Source: Paraspadella gotoi
Taxonomy: Eukaryota > Animalia > Chaetognatha
Length of the DNA stretch: 64,000 bases
Assembly (NCBI GenBank): GCA_051294375.1
Contig: CM119267.1
Span: 6,127,992-6,191,991, forward strand
Direction: 5' to 3'
Shown: piece after piece, positions 38,613 through 50,743 of the stretch
How the letters are laid out: every line of letters begins with the position of its first letter
Numbering within the stretch: the stretch's first letter is position 1
Position numbers and translations under genes: made by a program
The notes under the pieces: model-generated
Database searches by the model: none
Told to the model about the DNA's origin: nothing
Seen by the model: the letters and a program-made list of their open reading frames with translations, nothing else

Positions 38613-39524
38613 ATGGAATTTCCCGAACTTGGTGATCACTGTCGGTTAACCGACTGCAAGCAGTTGGACTTTTTGCCGTTTCGTTGTGACTTTTGTCGCT
38701 TCACGTTTTGCTTGAATCACCGAATGCCTCTAACTCACGCTTGCGACAAATACGTGGAATCAGAAAGAACTGCTCTTCCATCGTCTTTGGGGCAACCGAT
38801 ATCGTTCACCTGTGAATTTTCTCAGGTAAAGAAAATTTGTTTTCCCCGAAATAAGTGTTTTTGTTTTCAAGTTCAATGTACATATTGTATTTTCTAGGGC
38901 TGCGACTCTAAAGACTTGACTTCGGTACTTTGTCCCAAGTGTCAACTCAAGTTTTGCTTAAAGCACAGACACCCTCCCGATCATCGTTGCTCAGTATGGG
39001 AACGGGAACAGCGTGACCTCGACCCGGGCAAACGAGCCGCTCCGGCGCAGGTCACTTTCCGGCAACGGCCGTTGCGTAACGACAAGGCTCGTCAGATGGC
39101 GGCCAAGGTGGCGTTGATGAAGATCAAATTGCATGCGAAAGGCGATGATAGCATTCCGCAAACGGAACGGGTTTACTTCCGGTTGGTGTTACCTCGGACG
39201 GGTTTCAAAGAAACTGAGGTCGTCTCTCCTGACAATCTGGCAAAAGACGAAGCCACCTTTCTCTCCTCCAAGTGGTCTCTCGGACGCGCCATAGATTTTC
39301 TCGCCGAACGCTACAAACTCCGTAACGCCAACAACGTCGCCTCGGCTCGTAAGCTGAGACTTTTTCGCAGGGAAGACGGGGCGAGGTTGTCAAATACGTC
39401 GAGGACACTAGAGGAGATTGTCAATGAGAACGTAGTTTTCAGCGGTTCGCCCCTGATCCTGGAATATGTGGACGCTGGTGACGACGAAGGAATCTGTTTG
39501 GACCCGTCATTGTACCCGTCTTGA
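38613..39524 (+). CDS. ZFAND1: AN1-type zinc finger protein 1; exons 38613-38825, 38898-39524
   Basis: GDHC...CKQLDFLPFRC..C..FC..HR..H.C, second AN1 finger, AAKVALMKIKLHAKGD..IPQTERVYF, WSLGRAID (UBL region). Confidence 0.9.
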
Positions 39525-39691
39525 TTTTATCCTTAGTTTTATTTATTTATTTACGGATCGTTTATCCCTCATTCGGTATTTTTTGTATTCTTTTCTCCAA
39601 GTGGCCGGTTTACTTTCGGCGGGTGGCCTTTACCCCATTCTTTCGCACGTTTGAGATTTGATTTTAAGTGTGCGAGTGCGTCAGGTCGAAG

Positions 39692-42407
39692 ATGACGCTG
39701 TCGCACTCAACCAGCGGAGCGCCGCTCGCTACCTCAACCTCTTCGTCCACACTGGCCGCACAACCTCCGATACTGCGGACCGATCTCGACGAAAATGAGA
39801 AGAAAGTCATCCTAGAATTCACTCATTTGTTGGAGAAGGTGAGTGACAAATGGTGGGAAAAGTTGTATCAGTTTTATAGCCTGATTTTCGTGAAATAATG
39901 TGGCGGTTTCTTTTTTCAGTCCAAGCAATTATTCAATGGACTTCGGGATCTGCCACAACACGGACAACGTCAGTGGCAGTCTTATTTCGGTCGCACTTTT
40001 GATATCTACACTAAGTTATGGAAGTTTCAGCAGCAAAATCGCTTGGTAAATAGGTTTTCCAAATGAATTCAGTAGCGTGAAATGATATCCTTCCAGTTAA
40101 CTGAAATAATGTACCTTTTGAAACTCAGGTTCTCGACCAGAAGTACGATTTGAAGCGATGGCAGATTGGCGAGATCGCTTCTAAGATAGGCCAACTCTAT
40201 TACCATTACTATCTGAGAACCAGTGAAACCAATTATTTAAACGAAGCCTTTTCCTTCTACTCTGCCATCAAGAATCGCCAGTATTATTCGAAGGCAAGCA
40301 AGGAGGAACGGTCGGACCTAATGGTTAAAAAGCTCAGGTAATGAATCGTGGTTTATGTACACAAACTATTTTTAAGTCCGACTAATAGATATACTCTTTA
40401 ACCTTACTAGGTACTACGCCCGCTTCATAGTCGTTTGCCTGCTGCTGAAAAAGATGAAACTTTGCCGGGATCTGATTAAGGACCTCCACAAGCACATTGA
40501 GGATTACTCTTCCATCTATGAGCCTGAAGACCGGATGGAGTGGCAGTTAGTCGTCAGCGAAGTGAAGGCCTTTCTCGAGGCCGAGTACATCGTCCGCGTT
40601 GTCGACGTCGACTCTTCCTCCGTCGTCCTCTCTCATCGGCTAAACGCTTTCAACACGCCGCCGCTGGAAAGAACACTCGCCAATCCGCTCACCCTTCAAG
40701 AGATTTTGATAATCGGGAACACGTCCAATCAGGTGTCAAGATTTGTACACGGCATTCGCGCCTCGCATATTTTCATATCCTTCTTTTTTGTCTGAATGTT
40801 CGTAGGTTAAATATAGTGAGTTGACGCTGGACATGTTTCGTATGCTGCAAGTCTTGGAACGCGAGCCTTCCGAAGAGCCGCATCTTTACGACACCTCCCC
40901 AGCCGTCGGACGGAACCCGCAACTGGACGCGCACGGAAACTCGGAGCGTCTCGCCAGGCGCGAAAATCCCCACAAATATCTCCTTTACAAACCAACCTTT
41001 GGTCAGATTTACAATTTTTTGGCGCACGGCCTCAAGGAGTTACCACAAGGTTAGTACAGATTTTGAGAGCTTCCAGTTTTATGTCTGCATTCTAAAAATA
41101 CCTCAAGGTTTTTCTGTTTCTTTACGCAATCGCAGGCGGCGCCATGTTAATTTACCTTTCGGCCGACGGTTCAAAAGTTTACACGACTCACCCGCAAGAC
41201 TTGGGTTACGATTTGGGCGGCGTTCTTCTCAGCAACAAACCGCCCGTAGTCGATCCTAACGCGCCGCCTCCTCCGGTGCAACCCACGTCCGGCAAGAGAG
41301 GTAATCGAGACGATTTCCTTAGTTTTGGGTCAACTTTTCAAATTCTCTCTTCTCCACAGGACAAGCTTCGTCGGCCGGTTCCGGCGTCGGCACGATTCTG
41401 CGACATCCCCACGTTTTACATCCGGGCGACTTCAATCCCTTCACTCGGCGACCTCTCTTCCTCATAGTCGACAGTGACAATAGCACCGTCTTCAAACACA
41501 TTCCCAACCTTTTCGCCCAGGCTCTGGCCGTCCTCATGTCCCCCGAGGTCATGCCGGATAATTTTCAAGCCGACGCGCCGGTAAGTGATTTCTGGTGTAA
41601 AGACTAAAGTTGAAAAATGTTCCGCCGCAACTTTTGTCCTCATGTCTGATGAAGAAAATTATGTTGTCACAAATCATTTTACGCAATATGCGAACGAATT
41701 TGTTAATCGTCTTGTTGCTATTTTTCTATTGGCTATATGACGAAATAAAAAAATTGTAAACATTTTTTTGGCAGACTAAAGGGAACCTTTTTACGCTCTT
41801 CCTCCACTCCCCTTTGCTGGGATTCTGCTACATCTGTAACAAGGCCGAGATTTCTGTCGCCCTTTGGGACAAAGGGCTAACGCAGCTTGATCGGTAAGAT
41901 AGCGTATAGTATAATGATATTAATATATTTATAATACAATTAATCATTTATCTACCTCTCCGATATTATACGAGATTATTCTCTTTTCTTTCAGGTTCGT
42001 TACGGAGTGCGGGCGGATCATTACCAAGATAAGGAGTATGGACTACGTGTGGCTCCAGTTCTTCGGCGACGATTTCCTCAGGCTCCTCATCATCCGCTTC
42101 GTCTTCTGCTTCATCGCTCTTTCGCTGCACAAGTCCTTCAAGGGTGAGCCATTTTTTCTTGACGTGAGCGACCACCTTTCGGATGCAGCTGACCACCTCT
42201 CATCCCTTCCCCTCCCCTCCTGTCCCTCGTGTCAATTCAGGCGGTAAAGATCCGGAGATGTTGCCCTCTTGTCATCCGCCGATGCCGACGGGCCCAGACC
42301 TGCTCGAACACGCCGGCCTGCAGAAACTCGTCCTCGAACTCGCCTCATTTCTCGAGGCGTCCTCTTTCTTTTACGCCGCGCACGGGGTCAGCGACGTCGG
42401 AATTTAG
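39692..42407 (+). CDS. SCAI: Protein SCAI (suppressor of cancer cell invasion), 10 exons
   Basis: LEKSKQLFNGLRDLP, FGRTFDIYTKLWKFQQ, LKRWQIGEIASKIGQLYYHYYLRTSE, ENPHKYLLYKPT, QFFGDDFLRL. Confidence 0.95.
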
Positions 42408-43326
42408 CGACGAAAGGAAAAAAAAAAAGAAACGAATGCAGTTTCGATTCTTATATATTACTTTTATGGATTTTTTGTTATATTCTGTCTTCATTATTCA
42501 TGTTATTTGCGAGCCTCGTTTTACCGTTCAGCGTCACCTTACATTCCATCAAACTTTTTTCCCTGACTATTATTTTTTTTTAAATTCCGCAACGCTTTTC
42601 TTTTCCTTCTCGTCTTTTTGTTTTCCCTGTGATTTTTTTGGGAATCAAATGCTCTCTCATTGCTTCAAGCGAAGGCTTCCACTCCAAGGGCACCCTTCGA
42701 AACTGTCTATTCAAATCGTCTTTGATTTTTTTTAAAGATGACAATGTTTGTACGTATTTTTTTAAATAACCGTTACCAAGATTATGTATAATCATGCTCG
42801 GGAGACAACTCAAGATTGTCGATTTCTTTATCAAGTATAAGTCGTCAACCTGTCGTCCTGATCGCTTGTTATATCGCCAACAACACTGTTGTCAACTGTA
42901 CTGATCTTTTGTTCTCGGAAAATCGCGCCGGGGAGTTAAGCTTTTCCCTAGCAACGCTCTGTACACAAAGTTATGCAGTCACGCGATTCTTACCCTTCGA
43001 TGTTTGATTAAAAGGCCTTTTAACATCGTTTCATTTTTCATTTCAACATTTTTAGTTTACTTTAGTCAACGCCAATTTTATATATATATTCTAATTTCGC
43101 TTTTATCGAATAAATTGTTTTTAGTTTACATGTACTCATGTATCGAGTCATTTGTTTGTTTGGTTTTTAACCGCTAGGAGGTTCGAACTTCGGAATCGCG
43201 ACAGGAAAAAAACCACCTATTTATTATATGAAACTTCTTTACTGACAATGCCTTAGACCAAATGTACTTTTCCGGCGTGGAATATAAGTAATAACGTCAA
43301 ACCAAAAAAATACTAAGCGAAAACAA

Positions 43327-46315
43327 ATGATTCGACGAAGCGAGCGAGTCGTTAGCGAAGAGGGAGAAGAGATAGATGGCGCTCTGCTGGAGCGAGCTCG
43401 AAAGTTTCACGAATGGAAAGAGAGAAAAGATAGAGAGAAAAACGCTCCCAAGGTGAAAAAGTGGCAGAGGCGAAAAAAAGAAGCGGATTTGTCTTTACCA
43501 GGTTCTATCCTCCACTTCCCTCTCTACACTCTAGTCGATTCTGCAACTACCGAAATGGCGTCGGCAGGACGTTTCCGCCTCCCTTCCCCCACACGATCTC
43601 TACGCGACCACTGTGGCGCAAAAGGATGACCTACTGCGCGCGAAGGCGACCTACCCTCGATATTGCGAGGACGTAGATTCCCGCGCCTGGCTCGAGACGC
43701 ATGGCGTCGTCCCCTCGGGTCTCGCCTTCGAGTCTCTCCTCGCCAGATGCGTCGTCACGCGGACCACCGACGTGGCCACCGGAAGCGTGGCGCGACACAT
43801 CTCCGTCACGGAGACAGCGCTTAGCGAGTTCGAAAGTGCGTTGATAACTTCTTTGGTTTTCAAAGGCGGCGGGACGAAGAAATAACCAACTTTTCTTACT
43901 TTAGGTCAATTAAATTTTTTAATAGAAGCGGTCGTTCATCGTATCCATTCTTTTCTCATCGGAAGCAGGAAATTGTTCGGTAGGGGTTGCTTTTCTTTAC
44001 CGCATAAATGTAAATCTTTTATTATTTAATATTATTAATAATTTTATATATATAATAATAATATATAAATAATATATATTATTATTATTAATATTATTTA
44101 ATATTTAATTTGCACTTTATTATACCAGGAATCGTGAAAGGCAAACGTGTTGCATTGGTTCTCGACGCCTCGGATGCCAACCTTGGCTTCGGCCGTCTTC
44201 AGGGCTTTCAGAACTCTTTGCTTCATCTCGTGGACGAACAATTAATTAGCAAAGCTAATTTGTTCGCGGTTGCCTATGGAACGAACGCTGCTTGTCTTTG
44301 GCCTCGCGTCCGACAAGTACAACTGTTTGGGAGGGATATATTACAAAAAAATATATGTGTTATTTATCTGTTAATAAAGATTAATATCATTAAGGTCGAC
44401 GGAGCGATCGTGGACGAAACTCGACTTTGGATTTCGGGTTTGAAGCCCAAGGGCGGCGCCAACGTCTTGGCGGCGCTGAAGGAAGTGGCGAAACGGGCTA
44501 CAGAGTTTGACGCGGTGCTTCTCGTCCTCGGCGCCACACCGGACCAAAGCGCCGACATCGTCGTCGACTTCTTCCTTCAAGCCTCGGCGGGTCGAAGCTT
44601 GCCCGTTCACGCGGTCTCCTTCGACGCTCTCAACGAATCGGCTAATGTATTTTGTCGCAGCATCGCCGAGGCCACCGGCGGCCGATTCCACTGTTACAGC
44701 GGCGTTCGTGAGGAGTTAATTTACGAATCCACAGACATAGCCGTGCTGCTCGACGAAATAAGGACCGCCAGCGGTAATTCCTTCGTTGTGCCCTATTTCG
44801 GAGGCTATTCTGGATAAAAATATTGTGCTGTAACTTATGTTCAGAAATTCTAAGCAAGACGTCCAGAATGCGCAGCGGTTCTTATCGCGGCGCCATCGTC
44901 TCCGTGGAGTCACCAGGTGCCAAAGAAGCTGAAATCGGGGACAACGTCCGTGGCCTTCCGCGCCCACCAGGGCACGACGGCCCCCTCAGAGTGGAAACTC
45001 CCTCATTTCAGGCCAGAACTTCCAACGAATGGCTCCGAGAGCACGGCCTAAGGGGCAAAGGTCTCAATCTTTATCAGGTTCCACTCCGGTTTAGAATAAA
45101 AGTCGTCGAAATGTCCATTGCCAAGTTATAACCACTTATGTTATGGGCCTTCTTTATACTAGGTTTTGGCACCTGACGCTTACGCCCCAATGGAAAAGTT
45201 TGTGCCTTCGATAAGGAAATCTGTTGCTTCTCAAGTGAACGCCGAGGCTATGACTCCATTTACGTGGCACGACGGAACGCGACGGAACATTCACGTCAAC
45301 TTGCCGGCTGGTGAGCAGCGAAATTCTGTCAAAAATATCCTTTCAAGAAAATATTTGGTGACGATAACAGTTTAGTTTTAAATGTTTAAATCTTCCACCC
45401 GACAGTTCACGAGTACCAAAAGAAACTCGAGGCGGCGGTTTTGCTCTACAAGCGACGAATGGACTGGTTGACATCCGGCAGTCGGGCGATGGCGGGAACT
45501 TTGGCCGAACCGAGAGTCATGATCGTCATCGACGTCTCGGGGGCCAATCTCAACTATGCAATCCATCTTCAACATGCGATGAGGTAAAGTGGAGGAGGAT
45601 TAAATGTTCCTCTCAATTTTCTTGGGATTTCAATTCCATATTCTTTTCCCGAGATTGATATTGGAGCAGCAGATGGCAAACAAGAAGGCGTTTAACATCA
45701 TCGCTTTCGGAGGAAGACCAAGGTTCTGGCAGCCCGACTTCGTGCCCGTGAACGAGGAAACTCTGCAGTCCGCCTGGTCTTGGATTTTGGGGTTCGTGTT
45801 GATTTCACGTGTAGTCTACAAGGGTATTAAAGTGTTTTATGTTATCAGATTCTCTCAATCTCCTTGTATAGAAAATTTTCATTGATGAGGAATGATATTT
45901 CCTTTATATAGGCTCGTCTTTCACGGAAGTCGTAACACTCTTGCGGCCCTTCGAATGGCGATGGAGAACAGGTTTTTCGAGGAAAGCCTTAAAGAATGCG
46001 GCATTTATTTAGTGACTACTGGCATTCCAGATCAGGCAAATTAGTCATTGTCCCTTAATAATTTTCTTCCTTTTTTTTCTTGTATTTCACATTCATTAGT
46101 TGTCTCATTTTTAATTCCAGGATCCGGAACTGATCGCTTCCTATCTCTGCGAGTGTTGTCTCGGTCGCCCCATTCTGGTTCACGTGGTTTACTTTAACGT
46201 GGATGACTTCGACTGCGGCGGTACCATCCCAGGCAGATACGCCTCCGTCGAAGATACCGCGCATGCTCTCAGGGATATTGCGCATAGCACCGGTGAGGAA
46301 AAGAGGCAGGAGATA

Positions 46316-46374
<59 letters not shown>

Positions 46375-48663
46375 CTATTTTTTCCCTTCTCATTCGTTTA
46401 GGCGGACGCTTCCACTGGTTCAAGGGAACTTCGGCGATGGAGAGCGACGACATGAAGTTGATTTCGTCGGAGATTGAGAAGGCGATCCACTTCGGCACGA
46501 AGGCCTCCATCATAGTGGACGCGGTGAAGAATCGACCTCGAAAAACGGGCAAATCGCCCCGGGGAAAGAAGGCACAGTCCGAGCCGCTGGGTTTTAAGGT
46601 GCGCGTTTTGGGATTCAATGAGTAGGAATCATTATCGCTGATACTTTGACGGACCATTTATCGCTCTTCCAGGCGTCTCCGGTTCCTTCCTTCGTTCGGC
46701 GTCGCAACTCTGTCGCGCCTTCCGTATCGTCTTCGGCGTCTTCCACCTCGAACCGGCGCCCAAAGAGTGCCACGAGTCCGGCAAGCGCCGTTGTATCCAC
46801 GAATCGCGGAAGCGCGGGAAAGCGGCCTCATTCGGCCAAAGTTTTTCGTTCACATTCCTTTTCCAACGGGATTGCCAAATATGCGTTTAAGGTATTTTAA
46901 GTTAGTTTTCATACGACAATTTTATTTTGTCCACTGTCGAACTTTTAAAAGTTTTTGTGTATTCAGGTTTTATTTACTGAGCATTTATTTTTATGAAGGA
47001 AGAAAAATATAAAAAACAGCAACAACAAATATAAAAATAAAGATTCTGTATTTAAATTTTCATTTTCGTTCCAGGTTTCTGGTATCGCGGAAAGCATTTC
47101 TGAAATCGAAGAAACTTTGACTTCTAAGCAATGGCTTAAGCGTTACTCTCTGAAGAAGCTAAAAATTGATCTGCATCACCTATTTCACGGTACAAATCAT
47201 CAGCTTACCAATATCACTCTAACAACTGTGTGGTTCAACGTCAAATCTTTCTTTTTTTCTAAAAGGTCTCGACTGCAACCACGACAATCTTTACGTAAAA
47301 AGCCTGGGAAAATCCGTGTCGGCCCGATTCTGTTCCATCTTCCCCGTCGTCAACGTTGGCGGTTCCATCAAACACCTGCAACTGACGCGGAAAGAATTGA
47401 GCGATTACGAGCGAGAGCTTGAACTCGTCCTCAGACGCTACGTCAAAAGAATTGCTTGGCTCATGAGCGGGAGTCACAGGATATTTGGCGTCGTGGTTCA
47501 CAAACGCGTCAATGTATTGATAGACGTTTCAGGTTTGTGTGATATTTAAACACTATTATCTATTTAATATATGTATACTTGGGTTCCCTTTTTGAAATCT
47601 ACAATATTTTTATTAAATTCTCATCTCAGGAAGTATGAATCAAAATCTGCCGGATCTGAAGCGAGATTTGACGTCGTTAATATGGGATCAACTTCACGCC
47701 CGTTCCGTTGCTTTCAATCTAACGGCATTTTCTGGGTCGTCGTGTCATAGATGGCGCGACGCCGTGGCGCCGGCGTCGCAAGCCGACTGCCACGACGCCG
47801 TCTCTTGGGTGGCAGAATTACAGGCGGAAGGCGGAACGCCGACCCTCGAGGCCCTAAAAATGGCGCTGGAGGATCGGAGGACGGAGGCGATCTATATGTT
47901 GACGGACGGAAAACCCGATACTTCGATGGCCAAGGTTTTTGCCTTATTTGCGAATGGTCGGAGAATATATTTTGGTCGGTTTTTTAACGATTGGAAATCG
48001 TTCAGGTTCTTTCCGAAGTCGCTCGCCTTAACGAGGCCGAAGCGAATGGAACGAAACGAATTTCCATCAACACCATTTCTTTCAATTGCGACGACCACGA
48101 AGCCAACTCTTTTTTGGAGAATTTGGCCAAAGACAGCAAAGGAAGATTTCATTCTTCTTATCCCACCGGTGGTTGATATTATAGTGATCAAAATATGTGC
48201 GACACAAACTACATAGTCGCAATTTATAATTCACTTTAATCAATAGATAATACCGAAATCGATCTCTGGTGCCACAAGATGCTCGAAGAAGACGGTTTTG
48301 CTTCGGGCGAAGCTTATCCCCGTTTGCCAGAGATCGTCGCCAAGTCGGACGATCTCTCTGTTTTGGGTGAGACGCGTATCTTGGATTAAATACGAATAGG
48401 GGGTAGATTTTTATTTTTATTCTCATGTTTGACATATTTGGCTTTTTCTCTCACATAAGATAGCTTATTTATTATATGAATGGATAATTTTTATATTAGT
48501 TGTACCAATTTTATAAGGTCGCGAAATTCAAATCGGTCGTCGGTTTTTGGATCAAAGTCGAAACTTTTCTTACCTCTTAAAAAACGCCGCGCCGCCGCAC
48601 GAAAAAAATATGGAATATTCAACTGAAAAAATGTTGAAAACCAAAGCAAGTGTACCTTCATAG
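43327..48663 (+). CDS. VWA3A: von Willebrand factor A domain-containing 3A-like (ciliary), about 19 exons
   Basis: Three VWA-like units (VMIVIDVSG, VNVLIDVSGSM, GGTPTLEAL, IYMLTDGKPD), repeated TS..WL..H/YGL motifs, GIPDQD. Last exon ends at TAG 48661-48663. One GC-AG intron (46036-46120). Confidence 0.8.
46315..46371. repeat. (CT)n microsatellite in a VWA3A intron
   Basis: Direct reading of the CT dinucleotide run. Confidence 0.95.
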
Positions 48664-50743
48664 TTTTTTATTGCACTATTATGTAACCTTGATTCCGTCC
48701 TTGGCTGAAATTATATGGATTTTTATTCTGTTTTACAACACATGAAGTATTTTATATTTATTGAAATATACTCAAGCTTTAACTTTGAATTTGACTTTAT
48801 TATTCTAGATCTAGTCATGAAAATAATATTTTTAATATATATATATAATTATTTTTCAATGAACTGTACTATGTTTTATAGTTAAGGAACTGTGCAAGTC
48901 AATATTTGTAGCAGAATGATTTGTGGTTCATTGCAAATAAGATTGAGTTCTTCAATCTCATTTACATATTGTAGAAGTTTAGATCATTTCTCATATCTTT
49001 TGATACAGTTGTCATAGTAGTCTTATTTTACGGTTTTCATAATGATTTAGGTTTCCAATTATTATTTCATTGTAGTATTGTAGCTTTACAAATGAAAGTT
49101 AGATATTGTTTTACACAAAGTAAAAAGCTAATTAGTAAGTTTTAAGTAAAGTAGAGTAAATCCTACTTTCCTAGCGTTTTACGAAAAACTATTATCTAAT
49201 GAATTCTCGATAGATTACGAGTGAAAGTACATCTGATTGAGTTATGTATTGTTTTGCTAATGAGAGATTCCTTCGAAGTTTAATTAATCTAAACTTGTCA
49301 TATTTGATTCATTTTTGTTCAATCAGTAGTATCCAAGTAACAATACGGCTTCAATCTCTGTGAAATCATTTGACTTCGCAATCAGCGGAGAAAAGTTGCC
49401 TACAATATTATCTTTCATTTTAAAACTTATTTTCTTCTTCAATCTTTTTGTTTAACTTTATGAAAAAATGTTTATGAAAAGGCATCAATATTAATATCTT
49501 TTACAAGCTTTTGAAAATATAAAGAGAATGCTATAATTGAAAATACTGTAATATAAAAATTAGCCTATTTAGCTTTAAATCAAAAAAGGTTAAATTATGG
49601 TTGAATTAAAAATCCCTAAAGAGCAGGTTTGAGATAATTAATTAATTCAGTCTTTCTCAAACATTTTTATGATACCTGTATAAACAATAATTGGTTAGAT
49701 CATTATAGTTAAAATTGGTTAAATATTTTGAAAAATATATTTTAGGATTTTGTTTCAATTTTGATTACCTTGATTAAATTAAAGCTGGTTAGGCTTATTT
49801 TTTATGCTCCAATATTCTAAAATGTCATTTTCTTAAAATTTCCAAGAGCTTTCAGAAGATGAAAGACGATTTTTAAGGCCACTTTTCTCTGCTCATTGCC
49901 AAGTCAAATCTTAATCAATCAATATGAAATTAAGATATATAGATGATTTTGTTTTTTACTACAAAAAAATCTTTATAGGTTTGCAAATTACGATTTTTTT
50001 TTTTTGCGGCGGGTTACAGTGTGTCACCTTGTATTCACCGATTTCCTCTTTCTTTATTTCGCGTACGCCGTTGCAACCGACTTTGCGAGCAATCTTGACT
50101 TGATCTTAAAGAGCGATCGGCCTCTGCTCATTCTCTCTTTCTGTCTCCCGTGAGTCACCCTTTTAAGGCCTTTTTTTCTCCCCCCCCCCTCCATTGACTC
50201 ATTCTCTCCCTCATCGATTTCCATCTCCTTTTTCTCTTTCTCTTTGCCTTTCCGCTTCGCTGAGGTGGAAGGGGTCCCACTTTCATCTCTTCGATTCCTC
50301 CCCTTCGGATTTCAGCTTCGATTCTCATTTTCGAAATCGAGATCAGGAAAACAAATTCGTTGCCGCGGAGCCGCAGAGCCGCGTGGATCTCTCCCGCTGC
50401 AGCAGCGTTCCATGGCGTGCGCCGAAAAGATAAGAGAGAATGCAGCGTCGGGCGTCGAATAACAATAACGCCCTATTTTATTATTGTTTATATTGAATTA
50501 GACGCGTTCCTTTTTTATTAAATTGAGGGGTGGGGTTAGCCGACGCATTGTCATAACTTTAGATTAATTAGTAACTACACATTAACGACGACAAGAACAT
50601 ATGACATTCGCGATTAATCGTTTAAAAAAATCAACTGTGAAGTCGAAAATGAAACTACCGTTTTTTGCTTAAATTAATTCAGGTACAGAATTATATAGCA
50701 GGATTAACGATTGTTTTCGAACTTTTTTTTCGTGTCGTACGCT

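Noticed and set aside
41645-41745. CTGATGA...CGAAA in a SCAI intron as a possible hammerhead ribozyme
   Set aside because: The flanking stems I-III cannot be formed convincingly.
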